From NCBI GenBank assembly GCA_964057225.1, contig OZ059899.1, positions 19,840,001-19,904,000 of the forward strand: a stretch of 64,000 bases of DNA, in the 5' to 3' direction. A program made the position numbers and the translations under genes. The stretch's first letter is position 1. Each line of letters begins with the position of its first letter. Positions 1 through 15,000 of the stretch are shown in pieces. The notes beneath the pieces are model-generated. The model did not search any database and was not told the origin of the DNA. It was given only the letters and a program-made list of their open reading frames with translations. The stretch comes from Auanema rhodensis (lineage: Eukaryota; Animalia; Nematoda).

Positions 1-3000
1 TACACTCAACATTGCTTCCAAAAACATTTTGACAAAAATTTTTCCAAAAAATTTCGAGAAAATTTCGCGAAAAGTAGATGTTTTTAGATTCCTTTTTCCA
101 AGGCAAAGACGATGGACAATGTTATTCAACGAAAAAATTATTTCTGCAGGGTGAAAATCGAGGATATAAGTGTGAACTTATATCAGTTGATATCTCGGTG
201 CATTTTTAAGCTAGCGCAAATCTGATAACACAGATCGACGCAGCTTAAAAATCCGCATCGAATGCACTATACTACATTGAGAAACGCTTGATACAAAAAT
301 TAGTTATGATCGTTTGAAAAATGATGCATTAGTGTATGTTGAGTTTCCATGTACACTCAACATTGCTTCCAAAAACATTTTGACAAAAATTTTTCCGAAA
401 AATTTCAAAATAATTTCGCAAAAAGTAGATGTTTTTAGATTCCTTTTTTCACGGCAAAGACGATGGACAAAGTTATTCAACGAAAAAATTAATTCTGCAG
501 GGTGAAAATCGAGGATATAAGTGTGAACTTATATCAGTTGATATCTCGGTGCATTTTTAAGCTAGCGCAAATCTGATAACACAGATCGACGCAGCTTAAA
601 AATCCGCATCGAATGCACTATACTACATTGAGAAACGCTTGATACAAAAATTAGTTATGATCGTTTGAAAAATGATGCATTAGTGTATGTTGAGTTTCCA
701 TGTACACTCAACATTGCTTCCAAAAACATTTTGACAAAAATTTTTCCGAAAAATTTCAAAATAATTTCGCAAAAAGTAGATGTTTTTAGATTCCTTTTTT
801 CACGGCAAAGACGATGGACAAAGTTATTCAACGAAAAAATTAATTCTGCAGGGTGAAAATCGAGGATATAAGTGTGAACTTATATCAGTTGATATCTCGG
901 TGCATTTTTAAGCTAGCGCAAATCTGATAACACAGATCGACGCAGCTTAAAAATCCGCATCGAATGCACTATACTACATTGAGAAACGCTCAATACAAAA
1001 ATCAGTTATGATCGTTTGAAAAATGATGCATTAGTGTATGTTGAGTTTCCATGTACACTCAACATTGCTTCCAAAAACATTTTGACAAAAATTTTTCCGA
1101 AAAATTTCAAAATAATTTCGCAAAAAGTAGAAGTTTTTAGATTCCTTCTTTCAAGGCAAAGACGATGGACAATGTTATTCAACGAAAAAATTAATTCTGC
1201 AGGGTGAAAATCGAGGATATAAGTGTGAACTTATATCAGTTGATATCTCGGTGCATTTTTAAGCTAGCGCAAATCTGATAACACAGATCGACGCAGCTTA
1301 AAAATCCGCATCGAATGCACTATACTACATTGAGAAACGCTTGATACAAAAATTAGTTATGATCGTTTGAAAAATGATGCATTAGTGTATGTTGAGTTTC
1401 CATGTACACTCAACATAGCTTCCAAAAACATTTTGACAAAAATTTTTCCGAAAAATTTCGAAAAAATTTCGCAAAAAGTAGATGTTTTTAGATTCCTTTT
1501 TTCAAGGCAAAGACGATGGACAATGTTATTCAACGAAAAAATTATTTCTGCAGGGTGAAAATCGTGGATATAAGTGTGAACTTATATCAGTTGATATCTC
1601 GGTGCATTTTTAAGATAGCGCAAATCTGATAACACAGATCGACGCAGCTTGAAAATCCGCATCGAATGCACTATACTACATTGAGAAACGCTTAATACAA
1701 AAATTAGTTATGATCGTTTGAAAAAAGATGCAGTAGTGTATGTTGAGTTTCCATGTACACTCAACATTGCTTCCAAAAACATTTTGATAAAAATTTTTCC
1801 GAAAAATTTCAAAATAATTTCGCAAAAAGTAGATGTTTTTAGATTCCTTTTTTCACGGCAAAGACGATGGACAAAGTTATTCAACGAAAAAATTAATTCT
1901 GCAGGGTGAAAATCGAGGATATAAGTGTGAACTTATATCAGTTGATATCTTGGTGCATTTTTAAGCTGGCGCAAATCTGATAACACAGATCGACGCAGCT
2001 TAAAAATCCGCATCGAATGCACTATACTACATTGAGAAACGCTTAATACAAAAATTAGTTATGATCGTTTGAAAAATGATGCATTAGTGTATGTTGAGTT
2101 TCCATGTACACTCAACATAGCTTCCAAAAACATTTTGACAAAAATTTTTCCGAAAAATTTCGAAAAAATTTCGCAAAAAGTAGATGTTTTTAGATTCCTT
2201 TTTTCAAGGCAAAGACGATGGACAATGTTATTCAACGAAAAAATTATTTCTGCAGGGTGAAAATCGTGGATATAAGTGTGAACTTATATCAGTTGATATC
2301 TCGGTGCATTTTTAAGCTAGCGCAAATCTGATAACACAGATCGACGCAGCTTGAAAATCCGCATCGAATGCACTATACAACATTGAGAAACGCTTAATAC
2401 AAAAATTAGTTATGATCGTTTGAAAAATGATGCATTAGTGTATGTTGAGTTTCCATGTACACTCAACATTGCTTCCAAAAACATTTTGACAAAAATTTTT
2501 CCAAAAAATTTCGAAAAAATTTCGCGAAAAGTAGATGTTTTTAGATTCCTTTTTCCAAGGCAAAGACGATGGACAATGTTATTCAACGAAAAAATTATTT
2601 CTGCAGGGTGAAAATCGAGGATATAAGTGTGAACTTATATCAGTTCATATCTCGGTGCATTTTTAAGCTAGCGCAAATCTGATAACACAGATCGACGCAG
2701 CTTAAAAATCCGCATCGAATGCACTATACAACATTGAGAAACGCTTGATACAAAAATTAGTTATGATCGTTTGAAAAATGATGCATTAGTGTATGTTGAG
2801 TTTCCATGTACACTCAACATTGCTTCCAAAAACATTTTGACAAAAATTTTTCCGAAAAATTTCAAAATAATTTCGCGAAAAGTAGATGTTTTTAGATTCC
2901 TTTTTTCAAGGCAAAGACGATGGACAATGTTATTCAACGAAAAAATTAATTCTCCAGGGTGAAAATCGAGGATATAAGTGTGAACTTATATCAGTTGATA

Positions 3001-6000
3001 TCTCGGTGCAATTTTAAGCTAGCGCAAATCTGATAATACAGATCGACGCAGCTTAAAAATCCGCTTCGAATGCACTATACTGCATTGAGAAACGCTTAAT
3101 ACAAAAGTTAGTTATGATCGTTTGAAAAATGATGCATTAGTGTATGTTGAGTTTCCATGTACACTCAACATTGCTTCCAAAAACATTTTGACAAAAATTT
3201 TTCCGAAAAATTTCAAAATAATTTCGCAAAAAGTAGATGTTTTTAGATTCCTTTTTTCAAGGCAGAGACGATGGACAATGTTATTCAACGAAAAAATTAA
3301 TTCTGCAGGGTGAAAATCGAGGATATAAGTGTGAACTTATATCAGTTGATATCTCGGTGCATTTTTAAGCTAGCGCAAATCTGATAACACAGATCGACGC
3401 AGCTTAAAAATCCGCATCGAATGCACTATACAACATTGAGAAACGCTTAATACAAAAGGTAGTTATGATGGTTTGAAAAATGATGCATTAGTGTATGTTG
3501 AGTTTCCATGTACACTCAACATTGCTTCCAAAAACATTTTGACAAAAATTTTTCCGAAAAATTTCAAAATAATTTCGCAAAAAGTAGATGTTTTTAGATT
3601 CCTTTTTTCAAGGCAGAGACGATGGACAATGTTATTCAACGAAAAAATTAATTCTGCAGGGTGAAAATCGAGGATATAAGTGTGAACTTATATCAGTTGA
3701 TATCTCGGTGCATTTTTAAGCTAGCGCAAATCTGATAACACAGATCGACGCAGCTTAAAAATCCGCATCGAATGCACTATACAACATTGAGAAACGCTTA
3801 ATACAAAAGTTAGTTATGATCGTTTGAAAAATGATGCATTAGTGTATGTTGAGTTTCCATGTACACTCAACATTGCTTCCAAAAACATTTTTACAAAAAT
3901 TTTTCCGAAAAATTTCAAAATAATTTCGCAAAAAATAGATGTTTTTAGATTCCTTTTTTCACGGCAAAGACGATGGACAAAGTTATTCAACGAAAAAATT
4001 ATTTCTGCAGGGTGAAAATCGTGGATATAAGTGTGAACTTATATCAGTTGATATCTCGGTGCATTTTTAAGCTAGCGCAAATCTGATAACACAGATCGAC
4101 GCAGCTTGAAAATCCGCATCGAATGCACTATACTACATTGAGAAACGCTTAATACAAAAATTAGTTATGATTGTTTGAAAAAAGATGCATTAGTGTATGT
4201 TGAGTTTCCATGTACACTCAACATTGCTTCCAAAAACATTTTGACAAAAATTTTTCCGAAAAATTTCAAAATAATTTCGCAAAAAGTAGATGTTTTTAGA
4301 TTCCTTTTTTCAAGGCAAAGACGATGGACAATGTTATTCAACGAAAAAATTAATTCTGCAGGGTGAAAATCGAGGATATAAGTGTGAACTTATATCAGTT
4401 GATATCTCGGTGCATTTTTAAGCTAGCGCAAATCTGATAACACAGATCGACGCAGCTTAAAAATCCACATCGAATGCACTACACTACATTGAGAAACGCT
4501 TGATACAAAAATTAGTTATGATCGTTTGAAAAATGATGCATTAGTGTATGTTGAGTTTCCATGTACACTCAACATAGCTTCCAAAAACATTTTGACAAAA
4601 ATTTTTCCGAAAAATTTCAAAATAATTTCGCGAAAAGTAGATGTTTTTAGATTCCTTTTTTCAAGGCAAAGACGATGGACAATGTTATTCAACGAAAAAA
4701 TTATTTCTGCAGGGTGAAAATCGAGGATATAAGTGTGAACTTATATCAGTTGATATCTCGGGGCATTTTTAAGCTAGCGCAAATCTGATAACACAGATCG
4801 ACGCAGCTTAAAAATCCGCATCGAATGCACTATACATCATTGAGAAACGCTTGATACAAAAATTAGTTATGATCGTTTGAAAAATGATGCATTAGTGTAT
4901 GTTGAGTTTCCATGTACACTCAACATAGCTTCCAAAAACATTTTGACAAAAATTTTTCCGAAAAATTTCAAAATAAATTCGCAAAAAGTAGATGTTTTTA
5001 GATTCCTTTTTTCAAGGCAAAGACGATGGACAATGTTATTCAACGAAAAAATTAATTCTGCAGGGTGAAAATCGAGGATATAAGTGTGAACTTATATCAG
5101 TTGATATCTCGGTGCAATTTTAAGCTAGCGCAAATCTGATAATACAGATCGACGCAGCTTAAAAATCCGCTTCGAATGCACTATACAACATTGAGAAACG
5201 CTTAATACAAAAATTAGTTATGATCGTTTGAAAAATGATGCATTAGTGTATGTTGAGTTTCCATGTACACTCAACATTGCTTCCAAAAACATTTTGACAA
5301 AAATTTTTCCGAAAAATTTCGAAAAAATTTCGCAAAAAGTAGATGTTTTTAGATTCCTTTTTTCAAGGCAGAGACGATGGACAATGTTATTCAACGAAAA
5401 AATTAATTCTGCAGGGTGAAAATCGAGGATATAAGTGTGAACTTATATCAGTTGATATCTCGGTGCATTTTTAAGCTAGCGCAAATCTGATAACACAGAT
5501 CGACGCAGCTTGAAAATCCGCATCGAATGCACTATACTACATTGAGAAACGCTTAATACAAAAATTAGTTATGATCGTTTGAAAAAAGATGCATTAGTGT
5601 ATGTTGAGTTTCCATGTACACTCAACATTGCTTCCAAAAACATTTTGACAAAAATTTTTCCGAAAAATTTCAAAATAATTTCGCAAAAAGTAGATGTTTT
5701 TAGATTCCTTTTTTCACGGCAAAGACGATGGACAAAGTTATTCAACGAAAAAATTAATTCTGCAGGGTGAAAATCGAGGATATAAGTGTGAACTTATATC
5801 AGTTGATATCTTGGTGCATTTTTAAGCTAGCGCAAATCTGATAACACAGATCGACGCAGCTTAAAAATCCGCATCGAATGCACTATACTACATTGAGAAA
5901 CGCTTATTACAAAAATTAGTTATGATCGTTTGAAAAATGATGCATTAGTGTATGTTGAGTTTCCATGTACACTCAACATAGCTTCCAAAAACATTTTGAC

Positions 6001-9000
6001 AAAAATTTTTCCGAAAAATTTCGAAAAAATTTCGCAAAAAGTAGATGTTTTTAGATTCCTTTTTTTAAGGCAAAGACGATGGACAATGTTATTCAACGAA
6101 AAAATTAATTCTGCAGGGTGAAAATCGAGGATATAAGTGTGAACTTATATCAGTTGATATCTCGGTGCATTTTTAAGCTAGCGCAAATCTGATAACACAG
6201 ATCGACGCAGCTTAAAAATCCACATCGAATGCACTACACTACATTGAGAAACGCTTGATACAAAAATTAGTTATGATCGTTTGAAAAATGATGCATTAGT
6301 GTATGTTGAGTTTCCATGTACACTCAACATAGCTTCCAAAAACATTTTGACAAAAATTTTTCCGAAAAATTTCAAAATAATTTCGCGAAAAGTAGATGTT
6401 TTTAGATTCCTTTTTTCAAGGCAAAGACGATGGACAATGTTATTCAACGAAAAAATTATTTCTGCAGGGTGAAAATCGAGGATATAAGTGTGAACTTATA
6501 TCAGTTGATATCTCGGGGCATTTTTAAGCTAGCGCAAATCTGATAACACAGATCGACGCAGCTTAAAAATCCGCATCGAATGCACTATACATCATTGAGA
6601 AACGCTTGATACAAAAATTAGTTATGATCGTTTGAAAAATGATGCATTAGTGTATGTTGAGTTTCCATGTACACTCAACATAGCTTCCAAAAACATTTTG
6701 ACAAAAATTTTTCCGAAAAATTTCAAAATAAATTCGCAAAAAGTAGATGTTTTTAGATTCCTTTTTTCAAGGCAAAGACGATGGACAATGTTATTCAACG
6801 AAAAAATTAATTCTGCAGGGTGAAAATCGAGGATATAAGTGTGAACTTATATCAGTTGATATCTCGGTGCAATTTTAAGCTAGCGCAAATCTGATAATAC
6901 AGATCGACGCAGCTTAAAAATCCGCTTCGAATGCACTATACAACATTGAGAAACGCTTAATACAAAAATTAGTTATGATCGTTTGAAAAATGATGCATTA
7001 GTGTATGTTGAGTTTCCATGTACACTCAACATTGCTTCCAAAAACATTTTGACAAAAATTTTTCCGAAAAATTTCGAAAAAATTTCGCAAAAAGTAGATG
7101 TTTTTAGATTCCTTTTTTCAAGGCAGAGACGATGGACAATGTTATTCAACGAAAAAATTAATTCTGCAGGGTGAAAATCGAGGATATAAGTGTGAACTTA
7201 TATCAGTTGATATCTCGGTGCATTTTTAAGCTAGCGCAAATCTGATAACACAGATCGACGCAGCTTGAAAATCCGCATCGAATGCACTATACTACATTGA
7301 GAAACGCTTAATACAAAAATTAGTTATGATCGTTTGAAAAAAGATGCATTAGTGTATGTTGAGTTTCCATGTACACTCAACATTGCTTCCAAAAACATTT
7401 TGACAAAAATTTTTCCGAAAAATTTCAAAATAATTTCGCAAAAAGTAGATGTTTTTAGATTCCTTTTTTCACGGCAAAGACGATGGACAAAGTTATTCAA
7501 CGAAAAAATTAATTCTGCAGGGTGAAAATCGAGGATATAAGTGTGAACTTATATCAGTTGATATCTTGGTGCATTTTTAAGCTAGCGCAAATCTGATAAC
7601 ACAGATCGACGCAGCTTAAAAATCCGCATCGAATGCACTATACTACATTGAGAAACGCTTATTACAAAAATTAGTTATGATCGTTTGAAAAATGATGCAT
7701 TAGTGTATGTTGAGTTTCCATGTACACTCAACATAGCTTCCAAAAACATTTTGACAAAAATTTTTCCAAAAAATTTCGAAAAAATTTCGCGAAAAGTAGA
7801 TGTTTTTAGATTCCTTTTTCCAAGGCAAAGACGATGGACAATGTTATTCAACGAAAAAATTATTTCTGCAGGGTGAAAATCGAGGATATAAGTGTGAACT
7901 TATATCAGTTCATATCTCGGTGCATTTTTAAGCTAGCGCAAATCTGATAACACAGATCGACGCAGCTTAAAAATCCGCATCGAATGCACTATACAACATT
8001 GAGAAACGCTTGATACAAAAATTAGTTATGATCGTTTGAAAAATGATGCATTAGTGTATGTTGAGTTTCCATGTACACTCAACATTGCTTCCAAAAACAT
8101 TTTGACAAAAATTTTTCCGAAAAATTTCAAAATAATTTCGCGAAAAGTAGATGTTTTTAGATTCTTTTTTTCAAGGCAAAGACGATGGACAATGTTATTC
8201 AACGAAAAAATTAATTCTCCAGGGTGAAAATCGAGGATATAAGTGTGAACTTATATCAGTTGATATCTCGGTGCAATTTTAAGCTAGCGCAAATCTGATA
8301 ATACAGATCGACGCAGCTTAAAAATCCGCTTCGAATGCACTATACAACATTGAGAAACGCTTAATACAAAAGTTAGTTATGATCGTTTGAAAAATGATGC
8401 ATTAGTGTATGTTGAGTTTCCATGTACACTCAACATTGCTTCCAAAAACATTTTGACAAAAATTTTTCCGAAAAATTTCAAAATAATTTCGCGAAAAGTA
8501 GATGTTTTTAGATTCTTTTTTTCAAGGCAAAGACGATGGACAATGTTATTCAACGAAAAAATTAATTCTCCAGGGTGAAAATCGAGGATATAAGTGTGAA
8601 CTTATATCAGTTGATATCTCGGTGCAATTTTAAGCTAGCGCAAATCTGATAATACAGATCGACGCAGCTTAAAAATCCGCTTCGAATGCACTATACAACA
8701 TTGAGAAACGCTTAATACAAAAGTTAGTTATGATCGTTTGAAAAATGATGCATTAGTGTATGTTGAGTTTCCATGTACACTCAACATTGCTTCCAAAAAC
8801 ATTTTGACAAAAATTTTTCCGAAAAATTTCAAAATAATTTCGCAAAAAGTAGATGTTTTTAGATATCTTTTTTCAAGGCAGAGACGATGGACAATGTTAT
8901 TCAACGAAAAAATTAATTCTGCAGGGTGAAAATCGAGGATATAAGTGTGAACTTATATCAGTTGATATCTCGGTGCATTTTTAAGCTAGCGCAAATCTGA

Positions 9001-12000
9001 TAACACAGATCGACGCAGCTTAAAAATCCGCATCGAATGCACTATACAACATTGAGAAACGCTTAATACAAAAGTTAGTTATGATCGTTTGAAAAATGAT
9101 GCATTAGTGTATGTTGAGTTTCCATGTACACTCAACATTGCTTCCAAAAACATTTTGACAAAAATTTTTCCGAAAAATTTCAAAATAATTTCGCAAAAAG
9201 TAGATGTTTTTAGATTCCTTTTTTCAAGGCAGAGACGATGGACAATGTTATTCAACGAAAAAATTAATTCTGCAGGGTGAAAATCGAGGATATAAGTGTG
9301 AACTTATATCAGTTGATATCTCGGTGCATTTTTAAGCTAGCGCAAATCTGATAACACAGATCGACGCAGCTTAAAAATCCGCATCGAATGCACTATACAA
9401 CATTGAGAAACGCTTAATACAAAAGTTAGTTATGATCGTTTGAAAAATGATGCATTAGTGTATGTTGAGTTTCCATGTACACTCAACATTGCTTCCAAAA
9501 ACATTTTTACAAAAATTTTTCCGAAAAATTTCAAAATAATTTCGCAAAAAATAGATGTTTTTAGATTCCTTTTTTCAAGGCAAAGACGATGGACAATGTT
9601 ATTCAACGAAAAAATTAATTCTGCAGGGTGAAAATCGAGGATATAAGTGTGAACTTATATCAGTTGATATCTCGGTGCATTTTTAAGCTAGCGCAAATCT
9701 GATAACACAGATCGACGCAGCTTGAAAATCCGCATCGAATGCACTATACAACATTGAGAAACGCTTAATACAAAAATTAGTTATGATCGTTTGAAAAATG
9801 ATGCATTAGTGTATGTTGAGTTTCCATGTACACTCAACATTGCTTCCAAAAACATTTTGACAAAAATTTTTCCAAAAAATTTCGAAAAAATTTCGCGAAA
9901 AGTAGATGTTTTTAGATTCCTTTTTCCAAGGCAAAGACGATGGACAATGTTATTCAACGAAAAAATTATTTCTGCAGGGTGAAAATCGAGGATATAAGTG
10001 TGAACTTATATCAGTTCATATCTCGGTGCATTTTTAAGCTAGCGCAAATCTGATAACACAGATCGACGCAGCTTAAAAATCCGCATCGAATGCACTATAC
10101 AACATTGAGAAACGCTTGATACAAAAATTAGTTATGATCGTTTGAAAAATGATGCATTAGTGTATGTTGAGTTTCCATGTACACTCAACATTGCTTCCAA
10201 AAACATTTTGACAAAAATTTTTCCGAAAAATTTCAAAATAATTTCGCGAAAAGTAGATGTTTTTAGATTCTTTTTTTCAAGGCAAAGACGATGGACAATG
10301 TTATTCAACGAAAAAATTAATTCTCCAGGGTGAAAATCGAGGATATAAGTGTGAACTTATATCAGTTGATATCTCGGTGCAATTTTAAGCTAGCGCAAAT
10401 CTGATAATACAGATCGACGCAGCTTAAAAATCCGCTTCGAATGCACTATACTGCATTGAGAAACGCTTAATACAAAAGTTAGTTATGATCGTTTGAAAAA
10501 TGATGCATTAGTGTATGTTGAGTTTCCATGTACACTCAACATTGCTTCCAAAAACATTTTGACAAAAATTTTTCCGAAAAATTTCAAAATAATTTCGCAA
10601 AAAGTAGATGTTTTTAGATATCTTTTTTCAAGGCAGAGACGATGGACAATGTTATTCAACGAAAAAATTAATTCTGCAGGGTGAAAATCGAGGATATAAG
10701 TGTGAACTTATATCAGTTGATATCTCGGTGCATTTTTAAGCTAGCGCAAATCTGATAACACAGATCGACGCAGCTTAAAAATCCGCATCGAATGCACTAT
10801 ACAACATTGAGAAACGCTTAATACAAAAGTTAGTTATGATCGTTTGAAAAATGATGCATTAGTGTATATTGAGTTTCCATGTACACTCAACATTGCTTCC
10901 AAAAACATTTTGACAAAAATTTTTCCGAAAAATTTCAAAATAATTTCGCAAAAAGTAGATGTTTTTAGATTCCTTTTTTCAAGGCAGAGACGATGGACAA
11001 TGTTATTCAACGAAAAAATTAATTCTGCAGGGTGAAAATCGAGGATATAAGTGTGAACTTATATCAGTTGATATCTCGGTGCATTTTTAAGCTAGCGCAA
11101 ATCTGATAACACAGATCGACGCAGCTTAAAAATCCGCATCGAATGCACTATACAACATTGAGAAACGCTTAATACAAAAGTTAGTTATGATCGTTTGAAA
11201 AATGATGCATTAGTGTATGTTGAGTTTCCATGTACACTCAACATTGCTTCCAAAAACATTTTTACAAAAATTTTTCCGAAAAATTTCAAAATAATTTCGC
11301 AAAAAATAGATGTTTTTAGATTCCTTTTTTCAAGGCAAAGACGATGGACAATGTTATTCAACGAAAAAATTAATTCTGCAGGGTGAAAATCGAGGATATA
11401 AGTGTGAACTTATATCAGTTGATATCTCGGTGCATTTTTAAGCTAGCGCAAATCTGATAACACAGATCGACGCAGCTTAAAAATCCACATCGAATGCACT
11501 ATACTACATTGAGAAACGCTTGATACAAAAATTAGTTATGATCGTTTGAAAAATGATGCATTAGTGTATGTTGAGTTTCCATGTACACTCAACATTGCTT
11601 CCAAAAACATTTTGACAAAAATTTTTCCGAAAAATTTCAAAATAATTTCGCAAAAAGTAGATGTTTTTAGATTCCTTTTTTCAAGGCAGAGACGATGGAC
11701 AATGTTATTCAACGAAAAAATTAATTCTGCAGGGTGAAAATCGAGGATATAAGTGTGAACTTATATCAGTTGATATCTCGGTGCATTTTTAAGCTAGCGC
11801 AAATCTGATAACACAGATCGACGCAGCTTAAAAATCCGCATCGAATGCACTATACAACATTGAGAAACGCTTAATACAAAAGTTAGTTATGATCGTTTGA
11901 AAAATGATGCATTAGTGTATGTTGAGTTTCCATGTACACTCAACATTGCTTCCAAAAACATTTTGACAAAAATTTTTCCGAAAAATTTCGAAAAAATTTC

Positions 12001-15000
12001 GCAAAAAGTAGATGTTTTTAGATTCCTTTTTTTAAGGCAAAGACGATGGACAATGTTATTCAACGAAAAAATTAATTCTGCAGGGTGAAAATCGAGGATA
12101 TAAGTGTGAACTTATATCAGTTGATATCTCGGTGCATTTTTAAGCTAGCGCAAATCTGATAACACAGATCGACGCAGCTTAAAAATCCGCATCGAATGCA
12201 CTATACAACATTGAGAAACGCTTAATACAAAAATTAGTTATGATCGTTTGAAAAATGATGCATTAGTGTATGTTGAGTTTCCATGTACACTCAACATTGC
12301 TTCCAAAAACATTTTGACAAAAATTTTTCCGAAAAATTTCAAAATAATTTCGCAAAAAGTAGATGTTTTTAGATTCCTTTTTTCAAGGCAAAGACGATGG
12401 ACATTGTTATTCAACGAAAAAATTGATTCTGCAGGGTGAAAATCGAGGATATAAGTGTGAACTTATATCAGTTGATATCTCGGTGCATTTTTAAGCTAGC
12501 GCAAATCTGATAACACAGATCGACGCAGCTTAAGAATCCGCATCGAATGCACTATACAACATTGAGAAACGCTTAATACAAAAGTTAGTTATGATCGTTT
12601 GAAAAATGATGCATTAGTGTATGTTGAGTTTCCATGTACACTCAACATTGCTTCCAAAAACATTTTTACAAAAATTTTTCCGAAAAATTTCAAAATAATT
12701 TCGCAAAAAATAGATGTTTTTAGATTCCTTTTTTCAAGGCAAAGACGATGGACAATGTTATTCAACGAAAAAATTAATTCTGCAGGGTGAAAATCGAGGA
12801 TATAAGTGTGAACTTATATCAGTTGATATCTCGGTGCATTTTTAAGCTAGCGCAAATCTGATAACACAGATCGACGCAGCTTACAAATCCGCATCGAATG
12901 CACTATACAACATTGAGAAACGCTTAATACAAAAGTTAGTTATGATCGTTTGAAAAATGATGCATTAGTGTATGTTGAGTTTCCATGTACACTCAACATT
13001 GCTTCCAAAAACATTTTGACAAAAATTTTTCCGAAAAATTTCAAAATAATTTCGCAAAAAGTAGATGTTTTTAGATTCCTTTTTTCAAGGCAGAGACGAT
13101 GGACAATGTTATTCAACGAAAAAATTAATTCTGCAGGGTGAAAATCGAGGATATAAGTGTGAACTTATATCAGTTGATATCTCGGTGCATTTTTAAGCTA
13201 GCGCAAATCTGATAACACAGATCGACGCAGCTTAAAAATCCGCATCGAATGCACTATACAACATTGAGAAACGCTTGATACAAAAATTAGTTATGATCGT
13301 TTGAAAAATGATGCATTAGTGTATGTTGAGTTTCCATGTACACTCAACATTGCTTCCAAAAACATTTTGACAAAAATTTTTCCGAAAAATTTCAAAATAA
13401 TTTCGCGAAAAGTAGATGTTTTTAGATTCCTTTTTTCAAGGCAAAGACGATGGACAATGTTATTCAACGAAAAAATTAATTCTCCAGGGTGAAAATCGAG
13501 GATATAAGTGTGAACTTATATCAGTTGATATCTCGGTGCAATTTTAAGCTAGCGCAAATCTGATAATACAGATCGACGCAGCTTAAAAATCCGCTTCGAA
13601 TGCACTATACTGCATTGAGAAACGCTTAATACAAAAGTTAGTTATGATCGTTTGAAAAATGATGCATTAGTGTATGTTGAGTTTCCATGTACACTCAACA
13701 TTGCTTCCAAAAACATTTTTACAAAAATTTTTCCGAAAAATTTCAAAATAATTTCGCAAAAAGTAGATGTTTTTAGATTCCTTTTTTCAAGGCAAAGACG
13801 ATGGACAATGTTATTCAACGAAAAAATTAATTCTGCAGGGTGAAAATCGAGGATATAAGTGTGAACTTATATCAGTTGATATCTCGGTGCATTTTTAAGC
13901 TAGCGCAAATCTGATAACACAGATCGACGCAGCTTGAAAATCCGCATCGAATGCACTATACAACATTGAGAAACGCTTAATACAAAAATTAGTTATGATC
14001 GTTTGAAAAATGATGCATTAGTGTATGTTGAGTTTCCATGTACACTCAACATTGCTTCCAAAAACATTTTGACAAAAATTTTTCCAAAAAATTTCGAAAA
14101 AATTTCGCGAAAAGTAGATGTTTTTAGATTCCTTTTTCCAAGGCAAAGACGATGGACAATGTTATTCAACGAAAAAATTATTTCTGCAGGGTGAAAATCG
14201 AGGATATAAGTGTGAACTTATATCAGTTCATATCTCGGTGCATTTTTAAGCTAGCGCAAATCTGATAACACAGATCGACGCAGCTTAAAAATCCGCATCG
14301 AATGCACTATACAACATTGAGAAACGCTTGATACAAAAATTAGTTATGATCGTTTGAAAAATGATGCATTAGTGTATGTTGAGTTTCCATGTACACTCAA
14401 CATTGCTTCCAAAAACATTTTGACAAAAATTTTTCCGAAAAATTTCAAAATAATTTCGCGAAAAGTAGATGTTTTTAGATTCCTTTTTTCAAGGCAAAGA
14501 CGATGGACAATGTTATTCAACGAAAAAATTAATTCTCCAGGGTGAAAATCGAGGATATAAGTGTGAACTTATATCAGTTGATATCTCGGTGCAATTTTAA
14601 GCTAGCGCAAATCTGATAATACAGATCGACGCAGCTTAAAAATCCGCTTCGAATGCACTATACTGCATTGAGAAACGCTTAATACAAAAGTTAGTTATGA
14701 TCGTTTGAAAAATGATGCATTAGTGTATGTTGAGTTTCCATGTACACTCAACATTGCTTCCAAAAACATTTTTACAAAAATTTTTCCGAAAAATTTCAAA
14801 ATAATTTCGCAAAAAGTAGATGTTTTTAGATTCCTTTTTTCAAGGCAAAGACGATGGACAATGTTATTCAACGAAAAAATTAATTCTGCAGGGTGAAAAT
14901 CGAGGATATAAGTGTGAACTTATATCAGTTGATATCTCGGTGCATTTTTAAGCTAGCGCAAATCTGATAACACAGATCGACGCAGCTTGAAAATCCGCAT

